Source: Paramoeba atlantica (taxonomy: Eukaryota; Protista; Discosea). Taken from it: a stretch of DNA of 64,000 nucleotides. The stretch's first letter is position 1; every line of letters starts with the position of its first letter. This document shows positions 10,101 through 20,253 of this stretch, piece by piece. The stretch is taken from positions 372,001 to 436,000 of the forward strand of contig CDRNVI010000016.1 of NCBI GenBank assembly GCA_977017575.1, given 5' to 3'. The notes below the pieces were generated by a model. That model did no database searches, was not told where the DNA came from, and was given only the letters and a program-made list of their open reading frames with translations. The translations under genes and the position numbers were made by a program.

Positions 10101-11395
10101 CAGATAAAATGCATGAAAACGTATCGATTGAAAAACTTTGTGGTGAAGTCGAAAACGTGGGACATTCTTCATCTCTTCTCCTTGCAATGTCATCCTTACC
10201 TAAGACAGTTATGCAAGAAACGGTTCTGAGGCTTCTTCGAAAATTTTCCGGCTACGTTGATGTTCAATTACAGGAGCATAATGTATGTATTTCACGTAGG
10301 CTGGGCGTTCTGCTACAAAGTAGTGGGGATAACTTGACCTTGCAGTGCCTCTCCAAAACTCAGAGAGCGTTATCGGAGGGTTTGATGCCGTTACCTGTGC
10401 TTAAGAAGAAAACAGAATGGGGATCTAATGCGTTAGAGAACTGCGTGCCAATCTCAATATTTTTGAGTTCATTCCCGAACATGTTTCGACAATATCCGGA
10501 CTTGAGCGAAGGAATGCTCTCATTCCATAAGAACAAAGTATCACATTTGGATAGACGGGCCCACAACATCGCAACGAGGGCCTCACATTCTAGTTGTGGC
10601 CCACTGACAGAGTTATTGAAAGTATATGGTAGTGATTCTATAAGGCTTCATTCTCCTGGTGAATGGTGCTTCGATGTGCTCGGCGTGGCGAGCGGAGCGG
10701 AGCGCGTTAAGGCACGTATCTGGAAGCCTTTTTACTCCGTGAATGTTGGTTTAGATTGTCACGTTCCGTTTAATCTACATAACAATGATTTTTGGGCTAC
10801 AGCCAAGACAGTTCCTTGGGATGTGTTGCTAGACAATATTCCTCCTGGCGATATAGGCATCACTACTGAGCACCTTTACAACAAATTACATCCAATATTT
10901 TCTGCACTGTCCATTGAAACGCTGCGTGAACAAATTTCTTCTGACGAATCCATCCTGTGCCATGATCCGCATACAGGTAATATTCTTCGCTCTGTAAATG
11001 AGAATTCGGAACTTCGCCCCACGGTCCGAGTAACTGATTGTCGCAATCAAATTTCAAAAGCGTTGCAGATGAAACCAAGAGGCATGTCTGTACATGAAAT
11101 GAAAAGTACCATATCTGACAAGCGGCTCCTTGGCTCATATTCACTCTTTAATTTTGTTGTGCTAAGTGGGTCAAAATTTTGTATTGAAAAAGGTGCCATT
11201 TGGGACCTCCATCCCAAGGGAAAGAAGAAAGCCAACGATCAGGGGGGAGCGCCCGAACCCCGCACTCAAACCTTTATTGGATGGTCGGGTAAATGTCATG
11301 TGCACCTTCGCACAGCGCAGAACACTAGCTGGCCGTTGCTGAGATCTTTGTTTTCCCATTCCGAAAAACTAAAGACGAGACAATATCTACAGTAG
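7118..11395 (+). CDS. Large hypothetical protein with repeated winged-helix/LOTUS-like motifs, N-terminal part
   Basis: 1425-aa ORF with a presequence-like start (MRRLSLYSPFFRQLAQK) and a recurring [VI]P-x3-5-G[VIM][ST]-x3-L motif. Probably continues into the next ORF via a frameshift. Confidence 0.75.
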   Translation: MRRLSLYSPFFRQLAQKAKYSSPPLESLSARTIQDVILPVVHASGGKLSVENLESALEWDVWYLTTCGPLQSFVDKHGAQKLTVAGGVVSIRSETGRETTRSQKNDSLEKTDDSRKVEQSTVSTKSDTNTTEQVTVDLSPKSKQRKGNAKLKAKTHSLKTPKTVLASCPTERQIHTTKEASSTLQNHKTVGKGARQKKACGGDARSALVETSDGRKENYKKDGKRHVCIEREKDKKLPRKKKSRVITEADAPVESARLDADSNEKSETITQEISQNEAVMLNPTKKDVPKTKDSSFWSCYAPQVAVNRGISIYEFSLLAKNILNKDREELSAEAKALLKDLSERKFPKSENGLSAINCELVCFSSFSGDEISARSMTYIFQKPVGNILKSAYENVPDNSEGVSVSELRRKLLMNRVCTEEYLDEHLNNILEENPFVLPQKLINKEIRVLRGITSRGHMRPVSPDIAKAVRYLETSLRNMSSRDVRFSSLAHSAKWNSSFKCPILLFLNSHSGVFIVNRKGFVRLKTESSSQNLSSGVSSSVRSSSWDLPQQQNNASNAKPTPKNTETLTESSEALKSSDSELTRSKDISRSLLFRVHSGNGNFVPSPTLVRALSPSPSTLDAVPQHSYEWAMRVTKFITLKKNPTYGTPLEWIQSRMCIFFSQYGSKLSFDSHLCDSSYYPGLYTSLDALYSISRVLTICCTIHRLFLPESSQMNGTEGDMVKLHFSSLPIVYPMIPDTDEGVLVLDICKVLPDFDSKLFIKRYNRYVSESSDGTRLIRVYRMDGSARESVPSVNAYFRKLGEALETQKVHVKELHKYCPWNCSWRSALAPLLCSKKFHVHNRMIRLGETKIPAELIDYLKRASVDQPFRAIPKSEVRRFLRARGMNSTQAEGIFLCLPRIAISWNFMALFPGVSDGKDCSSEVLLKLRFDHSCEEMKQPKRESSDSEKFKPVASDTASSKLPNALETEKEDSKFSPSEINNLWTAFSSLYGRIPDKMHENVSIEKLCGEVENVGHSSSLLLAMSSLPKTVMQETVLRLLRKFSGYVDVQLQEHNVCISRRLGVLLQSSGDNLTLQCLSKTQRALSEGLMPLPVLKKKTEWGSNALENCVPISIFLSSFPNMFRQYPDLSEGMLSFHKNKVSHLDRRAHNIATRASHSSCGPLTELLKVYGSDSIRLHSPGEWCFDVLGVASGAERVKARIWKPFYSVNVGLDCHVPFNLHNNDFWATAKTVPWDVLLDNIPPGDIGITTEHLYNKLHPIFSALSIETLREQISSDESILCHDPHTGNILRSVNENSELRPTVRVTDCRNQISKALQMKPRGMSVHEMKSTISDKRLLGSYSLFNFVVLSGSKFCIEKGAIWDLHPKGKKKANDQGGAPEPRTQTFIGWSGKCHVHLRTAQNTSWPLLRSLFSHSEKLKTRQYLQ

Positions 11396-12834
11396 CTGAT
11401 GTAAAGGAAATCATATTGAACTTGATACCCCAAGCAACAGGGATGAGTATTCTAGGTCTGGAAATTCGGATTATTCAGCAACTGAGTACACCGGCAAACG
11501 CGGAGAATAGCTATCAACGACCGTTGCCACCTCTGCGAGATTGTTTGAAGAATATTGCACTCTCTCACAATCTTAGTCGGAATTCTGTTCGAAAAGCATT
11601 CGAAGAGTTAATTGACTCAAAGCGAATACGTACTTGTGTTCTCAGCGAAACTGAATTGTTGGGTTCACCTTTCGTTTGGTTGTTCCGATCAGATTCTCCG
11701 GATAAAGTTTTTCATCGTATTCTCTGTGATGCATATCAACACATTCCAAGAGATAGCAAAGGAATTTCTATAAAAATGTTGATGTCCCGTCTTCAAGAAT
11801 CTAGTGCACGCGGAGATGGCGAACCTGGACTCTCATACCAAAATCTTCTTCGTGCGTTGAATTTGCTGAACGGCTATATTGTTCATTTAGTAGATTACAG
11901 CTCAGATAAGAACTCCAATGTTGCAAAGAAGTTTGAAAGTTTATATGCGGTGCGATCCCTTGATGACTCCCTGTTCTTTACTAACAGACTCACTGTTCGA
12001 GGAACATGTGCCTATTGGATATCATTCATTCAGAACAACATCGATCCATTTTTTCAAACTTCTGTGGAAATTTCTCCAAACGGTAGTTATGTACGCTCGA
12101 TAGAATCGATATTTAAGCATTGTTCCGAAGCGTGGGAAAGTGAGCCCCTTTCAAAGTGTGTTCCATTCGATATTTTCCTGTCAATTTCCTCTCCTTGCAT
12201 AACCTTCTTTCATAAAATCTCTGATTCAGGACAAGGTGCGAAGGCGACGAATGAGTTTGCGTATGTTCCACATCATCTGTTGGTGTCTACCGTGGAGTTG
12301 CATAGAGGAATTTCATTTTTTGCCCTTTGTAAATTATTTCCACATTTGAGCAAGATAAGAAACTTTGAGTCGTACGTAAAAACCTACTTATCAGATAAAA
12401 TTCAAGTAATTACGACCTATGGGGGTACACTTTTCCTCATTCCAAAATTCATAGCAAAATTTATTCCTCCCGCAAAAGAAGGCAATGGCATTGATTATCA
12501 AACACTCAACCCGCAAATAGATTTTTTGCGTCAATTAGCGCAAGTGAAGAGTCTTATTACAGTGAGGTTTAATCAGAGTAAAATTGATTCAGAACCTGCT
12601 TGGAAAAGAAACGCAAGTTCGCCAGAAATCAATTCTTATCTCATGGAGATATTCTACCTTCAACTGGCCCCGCTGCTGAGAAATGCGCATGTCGTAGAAT
12701 CCCGTGAATTATTACTTGAAGCATGGAAAAAGTACGAAAATAAATTGGGAAGCCTGCCTACGTTTCTTCTTTCACTTTCGAGGGGTGAGGCTGCCAAAAA
12801 CACGGATGAAACAAATGTTATAACCGAGGAATGA
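11329..12834 (+). CDS. Probable frameshifted C-terminal continuation of the 7118 protein
   Basis: Frame is open from 11329, overlapping the upstream ORF by 67 nt, and carries the same motif (IPQATGMSILGL, IPRDSKGISIKML). Confidence 0.65.
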   Translation: MAVAEIFVFPFRKTKDETISTVADVKEIILNLIPQATGMSILGLEIRIIQQLSTPANAENSYQRPLPPLRDCLKNIALSHNLSRNSVRKAFEELIDSKRIRTCVLSETELLGSPFVWLFRSDSPDKVFHRILCDAYQHIPRDSKGISIKMLMSRLQESSARGDGEPGLSYQNLLRALNLLNGYIVHLVDYSSDKNSNVAKKFESLYAVRSLDDSLFFTNRLTVRGTCAYWISFIQNNIDPFFQTSVEISPNGSYVRSIESIFKHCSEAWESEPLSKCVPFDIFLSISSPCITFFHKISDSGQGAKATNEFAYVPHHLLVSTVELHRGISFFALCKLFPHLSKIRNFESYVKTYLSDKIQVITTYGGTLFLIPKFIAKFIPPAKEGNGIDYQTLNPQIDFLRQLAQVKSLITVRFNQSKIDSEPAWKRNASSPEINSYLMEIFYLQLAPLLRNAHVVESRELLLEAWKKYENKLGSLPTFLLSLSRGEAAKNTDETNVITEE

Positions 12835-13431
12835 TTTTCTCCAGAGAAATATGGTCTCGTAAATAGTACAGGATGGGATGTCGTTTTCTAACCGTTAAAA
12901 TAATTTTTTTCACCCTATACATTTGATGTATAGGGCTGGTTTGTGTCTTTTCGATGTATCATAATTTGTCAAACACTATCTAATCAGAGTATCACAGCAC
13001 GTTGCCTATTTGTCGCACCTTTTTTGGTGATCTGAGGTAAACAATTGCGTGTACGTAATAAACGGTATTACATGGTAGGTACCTGCTATCTAAAACAATT
13101 TAATTATCCTTGTCTCTTGTAATTCAGGCTGTTGCGCGTCTAGTGCCATCATGCTAGAAAATAGGGCCGTAGAACTGTACACAGTGTACGGTATGAAGCT
13201 AATGCGACCATTACTCTATATTTTATTATAACAGAAAAATAACATACGACTTGATGTCAGAGTTTCACTTATCGCTCGAGGAGTAGTGCACTAAAGTGAA
13301 TTCTGAGTTACAACAATAGTTTTATTCAATAAAACAATACAATAAAATTTATTGTGTACACTATCCACAATCGAATTCGTACTTAGTATCAACATTACTT
13401 CTGCTAGACTTTGCGTAAGCCTAATACATCG

Positions 13432-14328
13432 ATGTCATCGAATAGCAGCGCCGACATGGAAAACGGAGACTTGTGTTCGAGCCTATTTCTGTGCACTCTC
13501 TGTCGTGAGCTTTTCGACATTCCAATGCTAAACACAGTGTGTGGCCATATTTTTTGTCGTCGTTGCATTTCTCACTGTATTGAGAAAGGCATCCCGCATG
13601 GTCGCCGAGGTCGCATAACAAGGAATTTATGCCCAACTTGTCATGGACCTGCGTTTCTGTGGCAGATGTGTCGTCTGTACGTATTAGAAAATTGTGTCTC
13701 GCTCCTTCGTGCATCTAGAAATTCGCATTCCAAACTAATGCCCGACTTCACTGTGGAGAATGACCGAAACGAACAAAGGGCACCTTCGTACACCAATCAA
13801 GAAAGCTCTCTGGGACCTGAAAGCGGGTCGTTAATAACATCTCCCTTACCCCTGCCACTAAACAGGGAGGATGAAAACTTTATATCACGCTCCACAAACT
13901 TCAGTCCTTTATTCCCTGCTCCAGCAATGGTGACAGGGTTTCACATTGGCCGCACCCCACGTACGATACATAAGCCGTTTCCTCTCCGCACTGATTCGCC
14001 TCCCACAGAGGCACGTTTGTTACGCGCGGGTGAATACGTGATGAAAAAGAGCTCCCCGGCGAGACGTGATGAAGCAAGGAGATGTAGTCAAGAAAAAAAC
14101 CATACATTCGCAAGCCCTTCCTCAGGGAGATACATGTATTTTCCGAAAGATATAGAGGTGGAAAATGGCAGCCAAGCACGCAACACAGCTGCTAAGCGCA
14201 CGACAATACGCAGTGAGCACATGAGAGAGATCCTAAGTGACATATCAAGGGAACTCAAGAGGCAGAGAGCAATGATTCGTCGCATGCGACGTGTTTATGA
14301 GGAGGCGCGGAGTGCAAGCGACACATGA
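13432..14328 (+). CDS. RING-HC (C3HC4) E3 ubiquitin ligase-like protein
   Basis: CTLCRELFDIPMLNTVCGHIFCRRC...CPTC followed by a low-complexity tail and a C-terminal coiled coil. Confidence 0.85.
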   Translation: MSSNSSADMENGDLCSSLFLCTLCRELFDIPMLNTVCGHIFCRRCISHCIEKGIPHGRRGRITRNLCPTCHGPAFLWQMCRLYVLENCVSLLRASRNSHSKLMPDFTVENDRNEQRAPSYTNQESSLGPESGSLITSPLPLPLNREDENFISRSTNFSPLFPAPAMVTGFHIGRTPRTIHKPFPLRTDSPPTEARLLRAGEYVMKKSSPARRDEARRCSQEKNHTFASPSSGRYMYFPKDIEVENGSQARNTAAKRTTIRSEHMREILSDISRELKRQRAMIRRMRRVYEEARSASDT

Positions 14329-14920
14329 TACTGAGACTGTTTTTCTGAACGACTTTTGTTACACACTTTTTCGTGTGTCTGCTCACATTCGACATGATCC
14401 GGCAAAAATATTTCCTGAAATGTGAGATCCAAAAGTAAGTACTGCACTTTTTTTCAATGACTTACTACAGTACGATGTTCGTTTTTCTATGGATACACTT
14501 TTTAAAGTTTCTTTAGACTTGAAGAATAACATGGCCTCTTGCTCTATTTCGCCTGCTCCTCTACTGGAACTACGTGTATTATTCATACTCTGAAGGATCT
14601 GCCTCCTGGTTGCCCTTCTTCATCTCCCACTGCTTAACAGTCTGTAGTAGTTAAAACGTAGCACAATGGTACATACTTTATCCCTTATCGAAGACTTGAT
14701 GCACCAAAAAGCAACAATTTTTGTTTCTCCTTCTTTAAAAGAAGAAATGTGGTCTGCAAAAGACTTTTGCAGACCGTTTCATTTTTTTCGAAAAAAAACA
14801 ATAGCCCTTTCCCCTCTTTCACACAAACCCTTCTCCTCACCGTTTCGCCCTACCTACAACCTACCTCTCCCTAAAACCCACCCATGCCCCCCTTTCGCCT
14901 CCCCCCCTCCCCCCTTCCCC

Positions 14921-16165
14921 ATGTCTGACCCCCACGGCAACCCCCTCCGTACCCCTGAATACCCCCACCCCGGGGACGACCACGACGACCACGACGACCC
15001 CACCCCCTTCGAACCCAGCCACGGCCTGCTGCAGCGCTCTGACCTCTCTGACCCCTCCTGCGACCCCTGCGACGCCCTGCTGACCTGCCCCCCGACCCAC
15101 ACCGCCCCCATCCACAGCCTTGCGGTCCACGCGGCCCGCCCCCGCCTCCTGGCGACCGGGGCCGAGGACGACAGCGTGGTGCTGTGGGACTTAGCCGCGG
15201 AGCCCGGGGTCTCCACCACGGTGCTGCGGGCACATACCGATACCGTACTCGCGCTGGGGTTCCAGCCCGCCCCCGGCGGGGGACGGCTGCTGGCCTCGGG
15301 GGGGATGGACGGGGTGCTGGTGCTGTGGGAGGTAGGCCCCGGGGGGAGGGCGGACGAGGCGGGGGGGGAGGAGGACGGGGAGGAGGAGGAGAAAATAGGA
15401 GCCCAGGAGATCGCACGACGGTGTGATTTTGATGGGGAGGTGCTGTGGTTGCAGTGGCACTCCAGTGGGAGGTTTGTGGTGGCGGGGGGGAGTGGGGGTG
15501 TGGTGGTGTTGTGGAATGTGGAGACGAGGGGAGCGGTGGTGTTTCGTTGTGCGGCCGCGGTGACGAGTGGGATATGGACGGTGAACGAGCGATCGTTGCT
15601 GGTGGCGTGTCAGGATTATGCCGTACACAGGTTGGAGCCACGGAGTCCGGAGGAAAAGGAAAGTTTTTGGATTGGGTCTTACCAGCCGACGGCGTTGTGC
15701 GCGACGGAATGCCACCCGGACGCGTTTATAATTGGTGGGGAGGATGGGTCGATAGATGTCGCGTCCCTCACGAAAGGGAAAATTGTAAACCAGTTGGCTT
15801 CTCCTCACGAACAAGCTATCGAATGTATATGTGCACAACAAACCGTTGGATTACTCGGTTGCGTTAGCTGTGATGGTATTGTCACGATGTGGAATCTGAA
15901 CACACTTCAAATACGCTACGTTGTAAGGGAGGAAGATGGTATCTCGCGAGGCATTTGGATGGGCTACAATTTTGCTGCCGCCACGCTTGCTGGAGATGTC
16001 CTTATTTGGGATGGGAGACGGGAATTCGACCCCAAAAGTGCACGACGATTTAATGCCCATGCATCACTGATACAGAACCTTGCTTCAGTAACAGAAACAC
16101 TATTGGCCACCGTGGGAGACGATGCGCAGCTAAAACTATTTGACGTGCAGGAAATTGAATTCTAA
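14921..16165 (+). CDS. SQT1: WD40 protein, SQT1/AAMP-like ribosome assembly chaperone
   Basis: Acidic N-terminus, LLATGAEDDSVVLWD, AHTDTVLALGF...LLASGGMDG, EVLWLQWHSSGRFVVAGGSGGVVVLWNV match the Sqt1/AAMP repeat pattern. Confidence 0.75.
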   Translation: MSDPHGNPLRTPEYPHPGDDHDDHDDPTPFEPSHGLLQRSDLSDPSCDPCDALLTCPPTHTAPIHSLAVHAARPRLLATGAEDDSVVLWDLAAEPGVSTTVLRAHTDTVLALGFQPAPGGGRLLASGGMDGVLVLWEVGPGGRADEAGGEEDGEEEEKIGAQEIARRCDFDGEVLWLQWHSSGRFVVAGGSGGVVVLWNVETRGAVVFRCAAAVTSGIWTVNERSLLVACQDYAVHRLEPRSPEEKESFWIGSYQPTALCATECHPDAFIIGGEDGSIDVASLTKGKIVNQLASPHEQAIECICAQQTVGLLGCVSCDGIVTMWNLNTLQIRYVVREEDGISRGIWMGYNFAAATLAGDVLIWDGRREFDPKSARRFNAHASLIQNLASVTETLLATVGDDAQLKLFDVQEIEF

Positions 16166-16480
16166 AGTGATGAGTTCGAAATCACCTTGAACGGTTATCA
16201 CTATGCAGTCTGTGTTAGAATGATTCCCATCAGGAAAATAAGTTTCCTCTCCGGCCTACTCATTTTTGTTGGAGTTATCTCGTTCCCCTAGGAACCAGCT
16301 CTAGCCTCAGGTTTCCCTTTTTAATAAGTAAAATACACGTTTTCTAAAAAATCGAAAAATGAAAAAGTGGTTTCTGTAGTACAGTTATGTATTAGCCGAT
16401 ATTTATGTCCTGTTTGTAGTTCATCCTTCCATATTTTTCTTATTTACACTGGTTGCTTTTGATTTATTTGAAAAGAAATC

Positions 16481-16669
16481 ATGGATGATGATACATGTAT
16501 AGATCGCCACCCTGGACCGAAACGTGACGAGGATCAGCAATACTTGAAACTTGTCTCAGATATTTTCGGTGAAGAGCTCGTCAAGATGAAAGATAATATA
16601 GAGGAACACAACATAGAGTTGCTTCGCGAAGCGATCTTGTCTACAAGGTCTACGTATGAACGGAATTAG
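16481..16669 (+). CDS. Small protein resembling the RSA3 ribosome-assembly domain
   Basis: YLKLVSDIFGEELVKMK...ELLREAILSTRSTY follows the RSA3 pattern (YL..T..FGDDLDKLR....L.LL..AL..G..F) as I recall it. Confidence 0.45.
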   Translation: MDDDTCIDRHPGPKRDEDQQYLKLVSDIFGEELVKMKDNIEEHNIELLREAILSTRSTYERN

Positions 16670-17183
16670 TAATACGATGGCCAGCACAACGATTGCGAAA
16701 TTATAATTGAGATTCTTTATAGTGTGACAAATACAGGTAGTCATTAGTCATCCTCTCATCACGCAGAAGTATATTCATTGTTACGAATAATAGGCTTGCT
16801 GAGATGAAGAGTATGAGCAGATACGATATGCAGGTTCTTCTTTGAATAAGAATCAAAATGAGCCATCTTCGCGGACTTGCGATCAGTGTAGTTCTTATGC
16901 GTCTAATGGATACACCTGTAGAATTCAACAAGTAGGCGGACCACATGCACCCACAGGTCCTGCTATCTACTAGCGTACTAAATGTCAGTAACTTAAATTT
17001 CTACATCCCAGAAACGGGTTGTTCCCAGAAACACTAATTGTAGTTTTACTGTCATTTTGTACCGATCTGAATTTTTGAAATATACAGGACATCATTCCTG
17101 TACGTCTTTTTAAAAGAAGCATAGAACACCAATTTTAGTACACTCTACATTCCGGGACTCTCTATCCCCATCCCCGCGGTGCT

Positions 17184-17825
17184 ATGCCAGCCAGCCCCTC
17201 CAGTACCTCCCTGGGGCTCCCCAACGAGTCCTACACCCTTGCTGACCTCTACACCTGGCTTTCCCCCAACAGTGCGTGCTCCTTCCTGTTTCGTGGGCAT
17301 GACCTCTCCACCCTGGGGCTTAACCTCGCGAGCTCCGAGAGCCTCTGCGGCACCTTCTCCTCCCCCTGGTCCGACACCTCCCCCCCGGCGGTGCAGCCCG
17401 AGTTCCGCATACCCTCGTGTTACCTTATGAACCCCCCGCACCTGCGGTTCCCCATGTTCCAGGGGTTCTCGCTAAAAACGCTGTTTTACATTTTCTACAG
17501 CATGCCGCGGGACGTGCTGCAGCTCGCGGCGGCCCAGGAGCTCTACAACCGCGGGTGGCGCTACCACAAGCGAAGACGCCTGTGGGTCGCGGACGGGGCC
17601 TGGGCGGAGGGCTCGAAGGGTTCCCCCCCGAGCGCGAAGAGCACGTCCTACCAGGGGTTTATCCCCGAGCGGTGGGAGGTGGAGGTGTGGGAGAGTGTAG
17701 CGGGGGAGCTCGAGGCGTTGGAGGATCACGCCCCGATCGGTTCGCAGGGAGGGAAAGGGGTGAGGGAGGGCTCGTCGAGAACTTCGCCTTCGGTACGTCA
17801 TAGCAAAACGCGACCCATGGGGTAG
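17184..17825 (+). CDS. NOT2: CCR4-NOT subunit NOT2 (NOT2/3/5 domain)
   Basis: DLSTLGLNLASSESLCGTFSSPW, PEFRIPSCY, KTLFYIFYSMPRDVLQLAAAQELYNRGWRYHK. Confidence 0.9.
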   Translation: MPASPSSTSLGLPNESYTLADLYTWLSPNSACSFLFRGHDLSTLGLNLASSESLCGTFSSPWSDTSPPAVQPEFRIPSCYLMNPPHLRFPMFQGFSLKTLFYIFYSMPRDVLQLAAAQELYNRGWRYHKRRRLWVADGAWAEGSKGSPPSAKSTSYQGFIPERWEVEVWESVAGELEALEDHAPIGSQGGKGVREGSSRTSPSVRHSKTRPMG

Positions 17826-18055
17826 GGTGGGGGAAAGGCGTAAGGGGGTGGAGAATGGGAAATCACAAAGGGAGGGTTATTGCGGGTTCTGTAGTGGATG
17901 TGTGATCTTAAAATTTTAGTTGTATATCTTCCATCAATATTCTCTTATAGCTTGTATAGGCGAAGGGTTTGGCGTACACTGATGCTGAGATTAGAAGAAC
18001 ATAATAAGCTTTACGAGTTGATATCTGTACTTCCTTACGCTTATTATTGATAGCA

Positions 18056-19483
18056 ATGGCTTCAGCTCTGTTCCCCGGGATTGTGTCCAGCGGCACGGGG
18101 CACAGCATATACAAACTCTTTTTAGGACACAAGAAGAGTATCGAACAGAGCATGATTCGTAACTTACAGTCACTTTACCCCTGGATTGCTAGTAGGCGTA
18201 AAGTTAGGGAGGAGAATAGAGAATACTACGAATTGGAACTTGGTGCATCATGCGATGCTGAGATTGTACTACGTTGGTCGCAAACGTACTATGCGCGGCG
18301 AAAACTTTTCGATCATCTCATGGAATATTCGAATGATTACGTAAAACAGCGCATTGCCAAGGAAGGAAATCTTCTAGATCCATCCTTTCATCCAATTTTG
18401 AAAACTATTCGTGATGAACTCGATAAGGAACGTCTGCCCTATGAAAGAAGGAGAATGCTACATGCGCTTCGCACGGCGCAGGTTCCCATGCGTCGCGAAT
18501 TGAACGCCTCACACGCTGAGCTCACGAACCATCATATGCTAATAGCGCGTCGTTACGTGGAGGAAGATACATTGAAGAACCGTTTCGGATTGATTGGTGT
18601 TAATTTGGAGCAAAAAATTAAAACCTACTTTCGACGTGATCAGGTACAAAATACATTGAAACGGTACATGAAAATGCTACTTCCTGAGGAGGGAGCGGAA
18701 TGTACCGTGCGCGAAGAAAAGACATTGGAAAAGATTGTGACACCAGAATATCAGCGATTCGGGTATATCCCCCAATATCGCCCTCTTGACATTCAATTTC
18801 TGTTCAAACACAGAGTTTTAAATTTCATGCGATGTACCGAAATTGTAACTCCCCGTGTTGGCGAAAAATCGCTAGAAAAAAGTAGCGAGTCGTTACCCGA
18901 TGTGGCGGCATGTGACCAGGTATCGGTCTCCACTTTAAATGATAGATACCGTGCCTATGTATATGGCAACGTATTTGCCAAAATAGCCCTTCACCCTGGC
19001 CGACTTCTGAGAGATGCTTCTCCGTGGTACGACAGCTTTGATACGGGAAACAATAACGTGGCACGTGCTGACCTACGGGATACGGATTTATCAACTCTCT
19101 GTATTGCTGCAGAAGCCATGACGAATATTTTGCCAGGATCTCTGCTGGTCCCTTACCTATGTCTGGCGTCTCCCGCACAGAGTGTGTCTTGGATGACGGA
19201 CGCTTTTGCCGTACCACTTCCTCGAGTACTCCCTTTTATTGGGAATGCACTCGCGTTAGATTTATTCTCAAGGCTCAATGTCGAAGGAGCCTGGAGAAAT
19301 CTACGTATTAGCCCAGAAAGTGATCTGGAAGACCCCGACGCACTGCAGAAAATCCGAGCTCTGATTTTGAGCCTTAATACTGTTAATGCGGCTAGCGCTT
19401 CCGCTTCAGCTGTTGAAAATGTAAAGGAACTGTACGGTTCACTATCTGCTGAAGAGAAGAACTGGATGAGTTCTCACAGATAG
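18056..19483 (+). CDS. Hypothetical protein
   Basis: 475-aa ORF on the gene strand with coding-like composition. No motif recognised. Confidence 0.75.
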   Translation: MASALFPGIVSSGTGHSIYKLFLGHKKSIEQSMIRNLQSLYPWIASRRKVREENREYYELELGASCDAEIVLRWSQTYYARRKLFDHLMEYSNDYVKQRIAKEGNLLDPSFHPILKTIRDELDKERLPYERRRMLHALRTAQVPMRRELNASHAELTNHHMLIARRYVEEDTLKNRFGLIGVNLEQKIKTYFRRDQVQNTLKRYMKMLLPEEGAECTVREEKTLEKIVTPEYQRFGYIPQYRPLDIQFLFKHRVLNFMRCTEIVTPRVGEKSLEKSSESLPDVAACDQVSVSTLNDRYRAYVYGNVFAKIALHPGRLLRDASPWYDSFDTGNNNVARADLRDTDLSTLCIAAEAMTNILPGSLLVPYLCLASPAQSVSWMTDAFAVPLPRVLPFIGNALALDLFSRLNVEGAWRNLRISPESDLEDPDALQKIRALILSLNTVNAASASASAVENVKELYGSLSAEEKNWMSSHR

Positions 19484-19608
19484 CGGACAAAATAGTAAAT
19501 TTGTCTGGTATGGGAGGCCACTTTTATTGTTGTAGTCTAGATTTCGCGCAATTTCAAGACACATGTTTGTAAAAGAAAGAATTACTGATTATCAGGGTCG
19601 TTTGTTAC

Positions 19609-19651
19609 GTGGAACATACAAGTCGGAACATAAAAGTGGAACATACAAGTG
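19609..19651. repeat. Short tandem repeat, 3 x 13-14 nt
   Basis: GTGGAACATACAA / GTCGGAACATAAAA / GTGGAACATACAA. Confidence 0.8.
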
Positions 19652-19803
19652 TATTGGTATTAATTGAACATATTATTTTTACTTACGATACCTGTCACTT
19701 GTTACGAAAATAAAAGTCACGTGTAGTCAGAGATGCCGGTCAACGCGAAACGATCCGCCTTATTCCTTATTTATTTCACATTCAGTTTTCTTACCGTTAG
19801 TTT

Positions 19804-20253
19804 ATGAACGGGCCTGAATCTGAAGCACACGAACCAAACGAGATTTCTTGGACCGAGAAAATTCCAATTTATGGTAGATACAAAACAGAGCAACGTCTCG
19901 CATCCAAGTATACCTACGTTGCGCAATCCCTTCAAAAGGACGAATTCTATCTTCGAGGATGTACAATGAATCCTCGCTTGTCCGAGTATCCCCAATGCAA
20001 AGACATTATTAGAGATTACTGGAGATGCCGTGACGAGCATCCGGTATTGTCGTTTCTCAACATATGTTATCCCTTTAAGGAAGAACTTTCAGGATGTCTT
20101 AATCTGGAATTTCTTAGACGTCAAGAGAAAGTTCGTCGCAAACTACCGAAGAATCGGAGGAAAAGTCTTCAACAGACGAAAGAACATTTCGAGAAGTCAG
20201 TGGAAACGAAGAAAATACAAATTAAAGAAATGAACGAAAAATTCATTGACTGA
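19804..20253 (+). CDS. CMC1/CMC2-family COX assembly factor (twin CX9C)
   Basis: MNPRLSEYPQCKDIIRDYWRC and CYPFKEELSGC are both CX9C, with spacing like Cmc2. Confidence 0.75.
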   Translation: MNGPESEAHEPNEISWTEKIPIYGRYKTEQRLASKYTYVAQSLQKDEFYLRGCTMNPRLSEYPQCKDIIRDYWRCRDEHPVLSFLNICYPFKEELSGCLNLEFLRRQEKVRRKLPKNRRKSLQQTKEHFEKSVETKKIQIKEMNEKFID

